A stretch of DNA of 64,000 nt, taken from Pseudovirgaria hyperparasitica. Lineage: Eukaryota. Shown here in pieces: positions 36,967 to 50,419 of this stretch (position 1 is its first letter; each line of letters begins with the position of its first letter). The notes under the pieces are model-generated. The model was given only the letters and a program-made list of their open reading frames with translations, did not search any database and was not told the origin of the DNA. A program made the translations under genes and the position numbers. The DNA lies in NCBI GenBank assembly GCA_010093815.1, contig ML996565.1. The stretch is one strand, 5' to 3'.

Positions 36967-39900
36967 CCGTCCTCGCCCCCCCCCCCTCAACCTCGATCCT
37001 CAGGGTCTCGATCCTCAACCCTCAAAGCGCCACCAGCCTCGCCCCCCTCACTCAGCCTCCGATCTCCACCCTCCGATCTCCAATCCCCCATGTAAGATCC
37101 CAAGCAAGCATGTAAGCAAGCACAGGGAATGTGTTGTGCGGTTCGAGACGTGGCCCTCTGCGTATATTATACAATGCCAATATGTAATTACGTTTGGTGT
37201 ATGCATGGCGTGTGTGGATGCGAGGGCTGGTATGCATGGTATGCATGTACGTTGGCCGTCTGCGTAGACATGCATCCGATGCGTGTTTGCATAGTGCGGC
37301 GGTATGTGCGTTGCATAATTATCGTCGCTGCTCTTGCACGCCCGGTCCCGCACGTCTATCCATCTCTGTTGTTCGTGCTCGTCTACACTGCGTTCGTGGT
37401 GGGGGAGGAGGAGGGGTACATCTTCATCTGCATTTTCGGCGTAGACTTGGACTCGGGCTTGGATTTCGTCTGTCCTGTCTCACGCCTGGCTGGTGTTCTA
37501 TTCTTCTCTACTCTATTCTATTCTATCCTATTCTATTCTATTCAATTGCATCTACGCCTGGCTGCTGCTCCATTCTATTCTACGCGTGCCTACTAACAGC
37601 GGTGCCAAAGGACAGACAACAAAGGTAGTAAGCAACTAGGCGACGAAAGAGCAAGGGCTTGGTATGGTGAGGCTCCATAGATTGCTAGATGTCTAGAGTG
37701 CTTGGGCTTGGGCTTGGGGATTAGGGAAAGGTGTGGAGAACTAAGGGACGGGGAAGGGGCTTGGAACTAGGAGATGTAGAATGGAAAAGGGACGGACAAA
37801 GGCAATGATGCACGCTGCACAGTGTGGCGAAAGAGGGTTCCTTTGTTGCTGCTCGCTGCTGCTGCTACGGATTGGTGGGGTGTGGGATACAGACGTAGGT
37901 GCGAATGCAGGTTCGAGGTTCGAGGTTCGAGGTTTGGAGGGACAAAGGGACAAAGGATCGAGTGGAGCGGAGGCGACATTCTTTTTGGCGATCTCAGGGT
38001 CTTTTTGCCAGGTTTGCTTGATGGCTCGATGGGGGCTCGTGCTTGCTTGATTGATTGATTGATTGATGATTGACGATCCTGATACTGATCCTGATGCTGA
38101 TCCTGGAAGATAGAAGACGAGGCGAGCAGCAGGGCGATCCGTGGGACTGAGTTTGGAGCTGGGGATGATGATTTAGAGCCGGGAGTGTTGGTATGTGTGT
38201 GTATGTTCGGTGTCTGGAACGGGAGATGTTGGTTGCAATGGATAAAAGTGGGTGTGTATACTTAAATATGGAGCAGCTGCAACCAGAGTTCAACATGGAG
38301 CACGATCAGCGCGATCTTCACCACCATCACCATCAATCATCAATCGCTATCAAACTCCATATTCACCCTCTCAGACCGCCCGGCCGAGACAGATCCGTAC
38401 AAGAGCACTTACGGAACCCTTCTAATCCAGCAGGGGGAAAACCAACAAGAAACGGCCACAGTCAGAGAGTCAAAGAGTGCTTGTTTTCGGACGGCACGCG
38501 CGTCTATCGGAGGATATATGACTACTACGACTACGACTACTACTAACCTTGGAAAAGGCTGTCAGCCATCCCACCGTACGCGCACCAGTGGTGGTGGAGG
38601 GTTCTCCACAACTTACTGCACGCACTCATTGCGGACATGATATTTACCATCATCCTTCGTGGCGCACTGTGCGTGTGTGTGTGTGTGGGTTCTAATCATC
38701 GTTGCTGATATTGATAGACGGCGGCGGCGGCGTTTGGCGGGGCAGACAGACAGACAGACGGACAGTTGTTGGCGCCTAGATTAATACGACTCCTGTCACT
38801 CCACGGACCTAACGAAACCCTGGGTACTACAAGTCCCAGATCCAGTCCCAGTCCCAGTCCCAGTCCGCGACCTGGCTACCAACTCACCCATACTCTGTAG
38901 CTTCCGTTGCCGCTCGGCGAGCCGTACGGTTTCAAGGTTGGCGGGTGTGAGGTGTTTGGGACTGGGCGGTTAGATAAGTACCACCACCTACCTAAGTCCT
39001 GTAAGGGAGGGGTAGTTCTGATAGTGCGGTGCCCCATGTACCCACTGCCAAGAATCGATCAGCGGTTCAGTCCCGAGAAGGGGGGGGAAACCAAAGGTGG
39101 GGCTCGAGCAGAGAGAGAGAGGCGCAATCTTGTCAGGGTGTGCTTATTGACGCCGACGCCGTCGTCTGCTGGACAAGACTGCCAATTCTGTCTAGTGTTC
39201 GCCCAGTTTTGGACACAACACAACGGTGCGTGTGGTGGTTGCGCAATTTCGACAATCTTCTTTGTGTGTGTGCCTCGAATGAAGTAGTATGTCGTCAACC
39301 GAGTTGGGATCTGAAGTGTATAGCACCCGTGGTTGGTGGTGGTGGTGGTGGTCGTCGTCGTCGTCTTATCAGATCCTGCCGCCAACCCTGCATAGCGTCG
39401 ATTGGCGCTGGACCCTGACGTTCCCATGGCGCGGATGGCGAAACCCCCAACAAAAAAATTCTCGCAGATGGGCGCTCAGGATGCGAGCGAAGCTTGCAGC
39501 GAAGCCATGTATGAGGCGGTAGGTGGTCGAGCCCTGTCTGATGTTGCAACGCAGCACAACAGCACCATCACCATCACCATCACCATAACCATGGCTAGTA
39601 TCGGCGTGCAACTTCATCAACATCAACTAAGCTCCGTGATCCTGGAGGAGAATGCAGTGTACCCACCACACTACACGGACTGATATGAGAAAACATCATG
39701 CCAGGGAATGCTCCCTTTATTGTACGTCTACACTGCCGTGACTGTGGAGCTATCGAGGCGTAGTTGGAACGGAGTGCAGTAGTCGACGGCCTGGACAGGA
39801 GCAGATGTCGAGCTCTCGATATTGTAGACCCACACACCTTGATGCTATCGCGAGACCCTGACCAGGGATGTGTGCGCTAGCGTGCTGCAGGACATGCGTC

Positions 39901-40853
39901 CTGGTCTTGGTGTTGATGCGCCATGCATTGCTCCTGCAAGTGCGTGCAATTTTCGAGAGCATGGCCGCTTCGGGGCCGCGCAAAGATGTATGATTGCGAA
40001 TCTGCCGTCAACGGCGCTTGTTGACGATTGTCGCCATGGAGCCACATTTGTCGCCGTAGAGCCACAATGCCGAGAGCGACCGTTGCGTCGTACATGCCCG
40101 GCAACGGCTGCGATGACTTCGGAACGAGCGTTGCACGGAGCGGTGACACCAGAACGGTCTCTGGACTGCAATGTGCATAGACCCTTGTGCATCGCTGTCT
40201 CGACTAGCATGATGTGAGAGGACTCGCCTCGCAGTCGCAGCCCAACATGTGCGACGTCCAGTATCGCCGTGTCGGACTTCGCTCGAACCGCGATAATATC
40301 CCACGACGCTGTGTGAACGAGTCTATACTGTGGACTCGGCCTCGGACTTCATCTCAGCAGACCCTGAGGGACTGCTGTTGCGGGGAACCTGGTGTAATTA
40401 CTGTATGACTTTCCTCGGACGAACAAGAACATCTCCGTGCCAGCAGCGTCCGGAAGAGTCCCTTGTTGTCTGTAGAGAAAGAAGTACAGCATGATCTGAC
40501 GTGAGTGGGGTGATGCTTGCTCTATCTCTCTCCCAGGCAGTTGTGGGAGGCTCTGACCGCACTACGCAAATGTGCAGCTGAACCCTGCTGATTGAAGGGA
40601 TACTTCGCGTCGAGCTGGATGGCGCGGGTGAGGTGATTGGCGAGTGAGTTTACTTGGAGATACGGCGCGCGCGACACTTGTATTCCTACATCATTTCAGT
40701 GCTTGCACTCCCGCTCAGACGTCCAGTTTCACACAAATGATGACATCGGTATCAAAAACGCTCGCAGTGACCTTATGCAGGGAGATGTTGGACATCAGAC
40801 GCTGGAGGCATGGTCGGTGAACCTCTGGACGGGAGAAATGTAAAATTCACAAT

Positions 40854-40877
40854 CACGTGGAATCAATCTCGCACGTG
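40854..40877. promoter_or_regulatory. Two CACGTG E-boxes upstream of the BolA gene
   Basis: CACGTG at 40854 and 40872. Similar boxes lie upstream of Med22 (TCACGTGA 51735), between eIF5 and THI6 (CCACACGTGTGG 54184) and upstream of the PUF gene (63047). Function is inferred. Confidence 0.4.
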
Positions 40878-41139
40878 ACTAGTCCTGCTGAGTAATGGCG
40901 ATTCTATCAGCCACTGCCAAGTGCGTGCACAGACCACTCGACTTTCTGAAGCTCGAGCTCTCAAACAACATCATGAGGATCATCGTCATCTCCATGTTCA
41001 CGAGAGACTTCATTCCTAACCGTTGCCTTTCAATCACAAAACCCAGAACCCAGGTTAGCCCGGACCTTCAACTCCATCGCATCGATCACCTTTGCTAATC
41101 CCTCGTCCAGGCCACACTCTCTTTACCATCATCACCACC

Positions 41140-41598
41140 ATGGCCCGATCAAGAGCACTGCTACGCGCAGCACTCTCCCTCCACGCACCACGACCCATCC
41201 TGTCTCGCACCCCCCGAGCCCTCCGCCTACACTCCTTGCAGCCCTCCCTACACTTTGGACGACGCCTCCAGTCCACATCCGCATCACCGTCAACATCAAC
41301 ATCAACCTCAACATCCACAACACCCACAACACCCACATCACCCACAGCACCCCAACCCCCACCCCACCTCTCGCCCGGTGAACTGCACATTTACAACAAA
41401 GTCCAGCGCGCACTCGACCCCGCCAAGCTCGAAGTTCAGGACATCTCTGGCGGCTGCGGCTCCATGTACGCGCTCGAGATTGAATCCGCGCGCTTCGCCG
41501 GCCTGCCAGTGATGAAGCAGCACAGGCTTGTGAATGCGGTGTTGGCCGAGGAGATCAAGTCGTGGCATGGCGTGCAGTTGAGGACGAGGGCGCCGTGA
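41140..41598 (+). CDS. Mitochondrial BolA-family protein (Bol3/Aim1-like)
   Basis: Arg/Leu/Ser-rich presequence; LEVQDISGGCGSMY..KQHRLVNAVL..WHGVQLRT. Confidence 0.92.
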   Translation: MARSRALLRAALSLHAPRPILSRTPRALRLHSLQPSLHFGRRLQSTSASPSTSTSTSTSTTPTTPTSPTAPQPPPHLSPGELHIYNKVQRALDPAKLEVQDISGGCGSMYALEIESARFAGLPVMKQHRLVNAVLAEEIKSWHGVQLRTRAP

Positions 41599-42565
41599 AA
41601 GTTTCCCCCCCTCCTACCAATCTTTGGTGCTGACTGGTGTTTCTTCCTTGGGGGCGGGGGTGACGTCGTCGGTGGATCGCGCCGTCTGTATAGGAATAGG
41701 AATTGCGCTTTTGGTTGAATGTAGTGGTGGAGCCGTATATAGGACAAGGCTCGAGATAGATGGTTAGTGTCGCCGGGACAAGAGTCGTAGGAAGGGCATG
41801 GCGAGACAGAGAGTATCGAAGGGTTTGGATGAGGGGACATGCGAGCCACTGTGTAAAGCAGCAGCAGCAAACAACAGAACTGTGTCAGTACTTGGAGAAA
41901 TGGTGGAGTGTGCATCGATAGGTACTATGTGCAGCGATTCTACACACGATTACAGAAGATCGGAGCGCGACTTACGGCCGCAATCGCATACTCTCTGTCA
42001 GAACGTATCAGTCTCCGCTCTTGGATAGAATGTATCAACACGAGTCAACGTCATTTCACACTGCACACACCAATAAATCGTATCTGCATATGTGCTTTGT
42101 ATCATCACCTTGCGGCTCAAGGCGAGCCACTACCATATCTTGTCGTCCTTCCCTCAAGACGACCGTCTCCCATGACCACCGTTGCCTCCTTTCCAGTACA
42201 AGATTTGGAGACAGGCGAACGGTCGAGAAAATAATCAGATAAAGAACGCCAACATGTTTCTCCATTCCTCTGTCCTGCATGTTTCCCATTTCATGCGAGG
42301 CACGTTACATGTGCACCAGTGCTATGCATTCTCGTCGTACGGCTCACTCAGCATTCGAGATTATGACGTCGTAAGATGTTCCAAGTGAGCCATTAGAACG
42401 GCTGGCTGGATCTAGAAAATGAAACCGGAACGCCACGCTAAGAAACTCGCCCCTCTGCATGCATCCATGCAGCCTGGGCGATGCCGAAGTGACCATGGGA
42501 GTCTTTTTTGTACATAAGTGTAACCAGGTATGGTTTGCGTCCAAGAGTCTATTCGAGGAGAGAGA

Positions 42566-45500
42566 TTATGGTATATCATCTGCAAAGTCAGACTCGCTGC
42601 CGAAATCAGAGTTTTCGAAGGCTTCTGTTATATGTGTTAGATTGTATGTCTTCTTGCTTGCCGCACTTCATATATGCTCAACACTGACCATTGCCAGAAA
42701 CTAAGGTGTCGTCTTCTTCGACTGGCCATACCGCCAGGATCTGATCGATTTCTACTGGTTCGTCAGTGGCTACCATGCGAAAAGAAAATTGGGAAGGAGA
42801 GGGTTGACGAAAGGGGGAGCGCTTACGATTTTGCCATTGGAAGATTGAGTTTCGATCGTCTACTTCCTGGTACTGCTCGGCATCAGGCTCGTCCGAGCCA
42901 GCAAGGCTGTCGAGAGTCTCTATACATTCGCTCAAGGTCTGCTGAAATTCATACATTGCATTCCGCGAAGCGCCGTTTCGCGTCTCGAGGCCGAGTTTGC
43001 GGATCAACACTCTGATCAAATCTCGGAGGGCCTTGTATTTGAGCTCGTTTGATCTCCTGGTTCGTTCAGAGATGGGTATATTGAAGATCACGCTCAGAAG
43101 TGTTCGAGCGCGCTTTCGAACCCATTCTTCGTCATGAAGTAGGAAGCCAGGGCCCCAGAGCGGAATCAGCCGGATCACGCGCTGATAGAAGAAGTCTGGA
43201 TCGGTGTCATCGTACAATCGCTCATTTTGGATCTCGAGAAGATCCGCGAAAAATGAGACATAGGCCATGCCAACACACGGTTGCTGCGTTGAGACACTCT
43301 CTGCCACAAGTCTCATCAATTCGTTGATCAGGTTAGAGCGGTGGCAGCTCTGACAGTACCAGACCGCAGCTCTGATATATGGCTCAGAGAAGGGCCAGTT
43401 GAGATCGCAGACATTGACAAGAATGGACTTGTGCAGATGATCAAGCCTGCCGAAAGGGGGATGGGCCTCCAAGAACATGGAGAGGAGTTTGCCGGGAGCG
43501 AAATCCGTTTGGTCGCGCTCCTTTGATCTATCCCACAAATCCAGCGCTTTGCCCAGGACCGTAAGCACGCTATCATCATCATGGTAGTGACTCAGGTGGG
43601 TGAGTTCTGATTTCGAAAGAGGGAATCGCATAGTCGATGAGTCGTACGAGGCTATGTCTCGCTCCTTGTCTGGTATGATGGCGGCTCGGAGATTAATCGC
43701 AGTGAGAAGTTCGTGGACCAGCTCAATCAGCTTGTTGTAAATATTGCGCTTCTTCTCCAGAACAGTGGCGATCCCGTCCCAACGTTGCTGTGCTCTTTTG
43801 CTCACGCTACCAGCCAGGATCTCCAGGCCGAGAAGGAGGACACCTTCAGTAAGGATCAAAGCTCTCTCACCGAAACGATCTTCTCCAACACACAGTTCGA
43901 GAATCGTTCCAAAGATGTCGTCCCAGCCCCGTGTACTGTTCAACAGCTGGTAGTGAATGATATTGACAAGCCTGGCAACAACATTGCCTATCAGACCGAC
44001 ATTTTCGATTTTGAGATATCCGTCACTGAATTTGAGGCCGTATAAGTCACGGTCTTGCGTGCGCAAGATCTTCAAGGCTTCAAGAAGGAGCAGACGTGTT
44101 TTCGTACGAACTTTCGGATAAGGGCATCTGAACAACAAGTCATGTATGGTGTTCTCGTAGACCAATGCCTGGAGCAGATTGGCGCAGCACCTGATACAGC
44201 CATTGATAGACTCTCGGAGAAGCTTGCCGATTTCGTCCAGTTCTGGGAGATCCCTGTTCCTGGCAACAACTTGTCTGACGTACTGAATGGTGACAAACAA
44301 GGCAGCCTTCTCCATCCCATGATTCTCCGAGCACCCGCCGGCGTATAGAACGTTTCGCTGATGATGGAACAATTGTTTGATAAATTTTGCGTGATTAGGG
44401 TCGAACACGCCATGGATTCGCACGACACTCTCATTGTCTGCAGCAATATCTTCCTCGAGCGTAGGGGGTATTGGGACTTTTTGTGGACCACTGGCCGAAG
44501 CCCGCAGTGCTTTCTGTTCAGCAACGATGGTGCTTGTGCGTTGGTAGAATAGCATGTAAGCACTGAATTGCTTGCATCGAGGCCCGGACTGATTCTGTGT
44601 GTAGGCCTCTTCAGAAAATCCACCAAATCCCATGGATGATATCATTTGCGCTTGCAACTCCGTGACATCCCTATCATTAAATTCCAGCCAGGTCGGCGGG
44701 CCAGAAGACCCAGAAGGACGCTCTCGGATTAAGGAATAATAGTGGCCACCTTCCGCCGTGCCTTGGTGAATCAGGACTCCCACGAGCTCAAAAACATCGG
44801 GCGTTGTCGGTACATCAGGATGCGACAGATGCTTGACATTGTAAGGGCTGACATCAAGCTTGTCGGGGAACTCAAAGAGATCATCGATCTTGGCCCTGGT
44901 CATGTTTGTCAAGTCGAAGTCAAATCGCTTCAGGTGCAGGATGAGATTGTCTGGAACTTCCTTGAGACAGGTTCTTTTGACAGCGTCAACGAACTTGCCA
45001 CCGCACTTTTCACACTTGTATTTGTTGTCGCCTTCCATGACGTCGCCTTGGACGTAAGATTGTAGGCTGTCCATCAAGTTTGGCTTCCCTTTGACGTCGC
45101 ATTGAACAACAAAGAAGCTTTCTTCTCTTTCTGATACGTGCTCGCACTCGTGTGACTTGATTTGAGTTACGGTCTTGCCGCCATAGAAAGATCGGAAGTG
45201 CTGTTTCGCATTATTGGAAAGCATTTGTTGCTCCCATTGATCAAACAAGAGGTTATAAAACTCGTCTGCGTCCATCTGGACGGTGATGTCAATTGATTCA
45301 CCATCGATGCCACGGACACACGCTGCGAAGTCCCTTGGGTCTGCTGCTTTCGCATAGCTGTTTTGTAAGTGAGCAAAGAGCTTTTGAGTCTCAGCGAGCA
45401 GGCGCTGCGAGCCTGTGGATTCGGTGATATGCATGTTGAGCATGAATCTGCGAAATTCTCGATTCATGAAAAGCTGAGTCATAAGAGAGTTCATGTAACA

Positions 45501-48500
45501 TATGTTGCGAGGGTTGTAGACCCCCACGTAGCCTGTGCATGAGCGAATCTCATCGTCCCGGTCGAACATGTAGCTTCTCCTATCCAGAACGGGCTCCGAA
45601 TCAAGGGTATGAGGTAGTAAATCGGTATAGATTTGTTCGCATGCTTCGGAGTCTTCACAAAGTATTAGAATCAAGTCATACAGCCCTTTCCGCGTCTCCG
45701 TATCCATAACAGGCAACCTGTAGGTTTCTAACACGTCGAAACCATGACGGATGAACAGAAACTTGCTGAACAGCTGATCGATCAAATCATGGGCCTCCAG
45801 TGGCTTTTTGTACGACTTTAAAGAAAGCGCACACGCTGAAAGTAGCTTCGTATACCCAGCAACGATATGATCAACCTCGAACCTTCCGACTATCTCTTTA
45901 TGTTCGTAATTGAGCAGACGAAGTGACCACTTTTCAAACAGTGACTTGAGCTCTGCCTCGTCCCGAGTCTGCTCATCGTATTTTCGGAAGACAATATCTG
46001 CGATCATGAATAGCTGACCACTTTGCTTAGGATACACCTCGCTGTCTGAGACAATACCGGATAAAGTCTGCCAGATCACCTTGATTATCTCCGACGTTGA
46101 TATCGATTGGGCTACGGAGGACTCGGTGCACACACTTTCGATGGCCCTCCCACACTCCATTCGTACAGCGATCCGCGTATCTTCCAATAGCAGCTGCCGC
46201 AAAAGAGCCGAGATGTTTGCGGCATCCGTAAATGTGTTCCAGACTTTGATGCTGTGCAAGCAAGCCTCCAAGATTGTACTGAGACACCAGCATACAAGCC
46301 TGACCTCAGTTGGCAGGGAAAGTGCGGACTTGATCAACTCAACCAAACCTGCCACGAACGCGGCTTCATCACCGAAATAATCCACTGGCTCGCCATCAAA
46401 CGGCCGTTGCTTCATGAACATAAGAGTCGTTTCGAGGAATAAAGCCACTGTGGACGGGGCACCTTGTTGCTTGAATGTGCGGTCGATGAGTGGGTTGTGG
46501 ACCAGGGTGTGGCTTAGTATCTTGATCGTAGCCTTGACGTAGTCTTTTTCGACCGTGCCTTGCTTAAATTGAGACTGCAAGCAAGTACCCAGAGCACGGC
46601 AATTGTATCTGGCAGCAAATGGTCTAGCGGCCGGAAAAATCTGAGCCGCGTCATTATGCCCGTGCGGGTCTACAATGACCACAGATTCAACAGCGGCAAA
46701 CTGACTCAGAAAGGACGATGTAGATTCACTGACAAAGTCGTCGCTGTCCAAGTACTGATACAAATCCTCGAAATGTGCCATAGTCGTTTGCTCAAACTTC
46801 GACAGACCGGAGCTGCTATGTGGTTGGACCACATCTGGTTGACTTCTGATTAACAGCCAGTCGGTGAGGCCTTGCATCTCCTTGATGGTCTTGGAGGCTT
46901 GTATATCGAGATCAAGATCTGTGCCTCGGGCTATCACTCTGAAACACGAAAGTCCGGTGATTTGGGTCAAGCGATCTTTCAGATTTCGCAGAGTATCGTC
47001 TCCTCCAATGGTCAATCGTTTGATTGGGCTTTCCTGGCCGTGGAATACTTGGAATTGAATAGTGACGGGATCTCCCGTGATGGGCAAATCGGGTGTGATA
47101 GGTCGCTGTTCAGACGCGGCGGGCCGTGGATAGAATTCTGATTTCAGTCGTAACATCGACACGAATGTACCCATAAATAGCAGCGTCCGCGTGAAAGTCA
47201 GCTCGTGGCTGTGAAGATCAGTGCGTTGGTGCGGGGAGTCCACAAGCATGCTCTCTCCTTTTTCTCTGATAGCAGCAAAGGCCGGACCTAGACGATCCAA
47301 ACACTCATTGGCGAGAGCTACGTGGGAATCCTCCACAGCCTCCAAGGTCACGCTCGGCGCTTTGAGTATCTCAATATAACGACCGGCCAGAATTTTGGAT
47401 GTTGAGGTTTCGATGGTACCGTTTGGAGCGGTCACTATCAGTCGCCATAATAGGCTCGCATTTGGGATCTCAACTACCGCCCCTGGACGCCATTCATTCA
47501 TAAACTTTTTCCAGGCGAATTCGGTGATATGTGTGACAAAGTCGAAGAAGCAAGTCGTGAAATAGACAGGTTCGAGCTTCGGTACGAAATGCTCAAGAAG
47601 CTTTTTCAAGAACATATTTTCCGAGTCAAACTTTGCAAGTTCGCAGAACTTTCGCCAGGCCAGATCTCGAAGCATATTGTTGAGAGCACCTCGACCCAGG
47701 ATAGCGCACCACAACGTCTCGAATAGATCGTCTGATATCGACTGTGCGTCACGCTGTATGATGTACACAAGTAAATCCAGGCGGCTGTTGAGGGCTGGGA
47801 CTTGCATATGGTGCGACGGCTTGGACTGTTCGCGTTTGACGAAGGCGCAGATTTCCGGTACAAGATAGCGTGCCAATTCCAAGTCTTGTGTCAATATTTT
47901 TGCATCATCGGAAAATGACAACGCAGCCACGGCTTGAATAGCGTGAATGTCCGCCAATGCATCTTCATCCTGGTTGCGTATTCTTTGCACGCTAGAATCA
48001 AGTATCCTTGCACGCTCTGCAATCGGAAGCGTTGTCGAAAACGCTCGCAGTTGCATTGCTGCTTCCTTGCTAATGCTTTCTCTTCTATGTGCAGGCTTTG
48101 CATACGGCGACGTTTCTCGAACCATTTCGAAACAGATACGATAAGGATTGCTTCGAGGATCGACCGCATTCCAGTTGATAGCGTCATGTGCTTCCTGTGG
48201 ATGAGGAGCAAGCTTCGAGCACAGACTACGAAAGACAAGAAGCATCTCATTCGACATGTCTTGTATTGGTAATGTTCCAAACTTTTCGCTCAAAATATAG
48301 AGCGCCTGCCGAGGTTGCATTAGGTGTATTATCGAGCCTAGCATATGTATCATCGCTGACACGACGCGAGGATCCTGACTGGTTGTTATGGTACGCCAGA
48401 TCTTGTCCGTTTCAGTCTCGGTGTAGCGGTGGGTCACTACGAGGAAGCCAACTATGTTGCCGCTTCTTTGGATAAGCTGGGGGTGCGAATCAACGCCCAC

Positions 48501-50174
48501 AATGTAGTCAATTATTTTCAGCTGTAGCAATAGCCCAGCTACGTACTGGAGCAGAGGATGTTGCCCATCATTGCCGGAGGACTTGTAGAGATTAACAAGA
48601 CAGAGGTCCATTTCGATGACGCATGCTACGCGGAGCTCCATCCTGCCCTTGGTGATATATTTGTGGAGTAGTTTATGTCGCCAGGTCTGCGCAACAATGG
48701 CAGGTAGCAACTCATTCTCATATGATTTTGTCGCTTCGCCAAGTATCTCTACGCAGAGGTCATTGATGGGGGCAGACGTGACAGGCTGGAAAAGTCCATG
48801 TAAAGCGTTCAATAAGAAGTCCGTTCCCATGCTCAATAATTCTTTGTTAAGATCAATTGGAAGTACTCTGCCCACCTCTTGCAGTTCTTTATCAAGTCCT
48901 CGGAACACATCTATGAGCTCAGACCTTACCATCGATATCTCATCTGCCTGAAAGCATGGTGTCGATGAATTTTGCACATATGATAAGATGTTATTGAATA
49001 TCCGGAAGCAATCAACCATCGTGCGACTGTTGACCCGCCCATGGCAAGTCGTGAGGAACCCACATAGGTGGCGCAGACCATTCGTAGGAGCTTTGACGAA
49101 GTTGCATGCAATCCTTTGACAAGTCTCGGTGACGTCTAGCGGATCGCTTAGACGGCCCAACGTTCGTAGCAAAGGAGTTGGTGTGTCATGAAGGAAGAAA
49201 CCGGCTAGAGTCCTTACATGCCTAAATATGTGAAGATATTGTTGGGTCTGAAAAGGATATGACGGTGGAAATTGGTATAACAAGGCTGTGTCGACCTGAA
49301 GAAGATAGGAGAACAGCAACATGTAACTTGACATGTATTCTTCCAATCTGTCTCGCAATATATCTGTGTCGAAGACACGACCAGAGACAGGAATGCTCGT
49401 TCGATTAGACAACACATGTGTCATTTTACCCATGTAGTCCCAGATCTGGTGGTTCTCGGGGATGATTGAGAATGGTTGATAAGCCGCGAGTTCCTGAAGC
49501 CAGCCCGCAAGCTTCAATAGATGCGACGTGTCAAACTTGTCCGCTCCAAAGTGCTCAACAACTATCTTCAGTATGTCCGTCAGGTCAGTTTCAGATGCTT
49601 CGTCGCGGTATGGAAAGTGGGCGAAAAAGACTGCGGGGTCGCGTTCGTCGCTGTCGATTTCTATGACCGTCGGCTCAACGTCTTCCACCATGTCTTCGAC
49701 CTCGAGTTCGATAACTGGACTGTCCGTGGGCGACAGTGAGGGACTGGTTTGCGCGCGATTCGGCGTGTAAGGAGGACTAGCACCCGGCTCGATATTTGGG
49801 CTGGTCCCATTCTCAGAAAGCTGTGACATGTGTTCTGTGGCTGTGACGGACGCATCTCCTTTCGACGAAGGCATAGAATTCGTTCGTACGTTTATGGTGA
49901 CTCGTGCTTGAGGGGTTGTAGGAAGGATCGCTTCGGGTTGCGATTCGATTCGCTGCGTGGGGGAGGTAGGAACGGCCGGGGGGGTGTGAAGTTCGGTATG
50001 CTTCAAGACAGGGGAAATTGGGTCTTCAGAAGTGCCTCGGATGGCTCTAGGTCCACTGTCGAGGCGCGCACGTTTCCGTGAAGGGGAGAAATCAGCCTTG
50101 CCCATAGATGCGCGGCTTGGGAGTGAAGCGGGCTCGGAGGTCGCAGCGCGGGGAGGAGTTGTAACAGGCTCCAT
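42566..50174 (-). CDS. Ubiquitin-specific protease, USP34/USP24-like (C19 peptidase)
   Basis: Cys box GYVGVYNPRNICYMNSL, QMDADEF, His box HQGTAEGGHYYS, WLEFNDRDV. First ATG at 50174. Two 3' introns (42755-42826, then a GTCAGT..CTAAC..CAG intron) lead to the last exon EAFENSDFGSESDFADDIP*. Confidence 0.93.
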
Positions 50175-50419
50175 TAGAGCATATTCGTTGGCAGGACAGT
50201 AGCAAGCAGAGGGTAGGAAAGAGTGACTCGTATCCAAAAGGCCGAACAGCGCCCAAGTGAGGGAGAAGAATAGAACGGAGAGTGAAGCAGCTCGAAGCAC
50301 AGAGTGATACGAATTCTAGCTTATGTGGATGCCTTAGTACTCGACGCACCGGTGCATTGACGCGAGACAGCTTGCATTGAGGGTGTATAAATTTGCGAGG
50401 AGAATGCTGTGGCCACTGC

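Noticed and set aside
37905..37935. GGTTCGA as a tRNA T-loop
   Set aside because: It is a tandem GTTCGAG repeat with no cloverleaf.
23400..40800. Many 60-280-aa ORFs in the ORF track outside the CBM21 gene (RDRDRD, SLSLSL, poly-Y/T/H/F etc.)
   Set aside because: They are translations of microsatellites, overlap in several frames, often start at GTG/TTG, and show no recognisable domain.
50175..50300. Hydrophobic signal-like N-terminal extension of the USP in the ORF track
   Set aside because: It starts at GTG, the hydrophobicity reflects a pyrimidine-rich leader, and USPs of this type are not secreted; first ATG at 50174 preferred.
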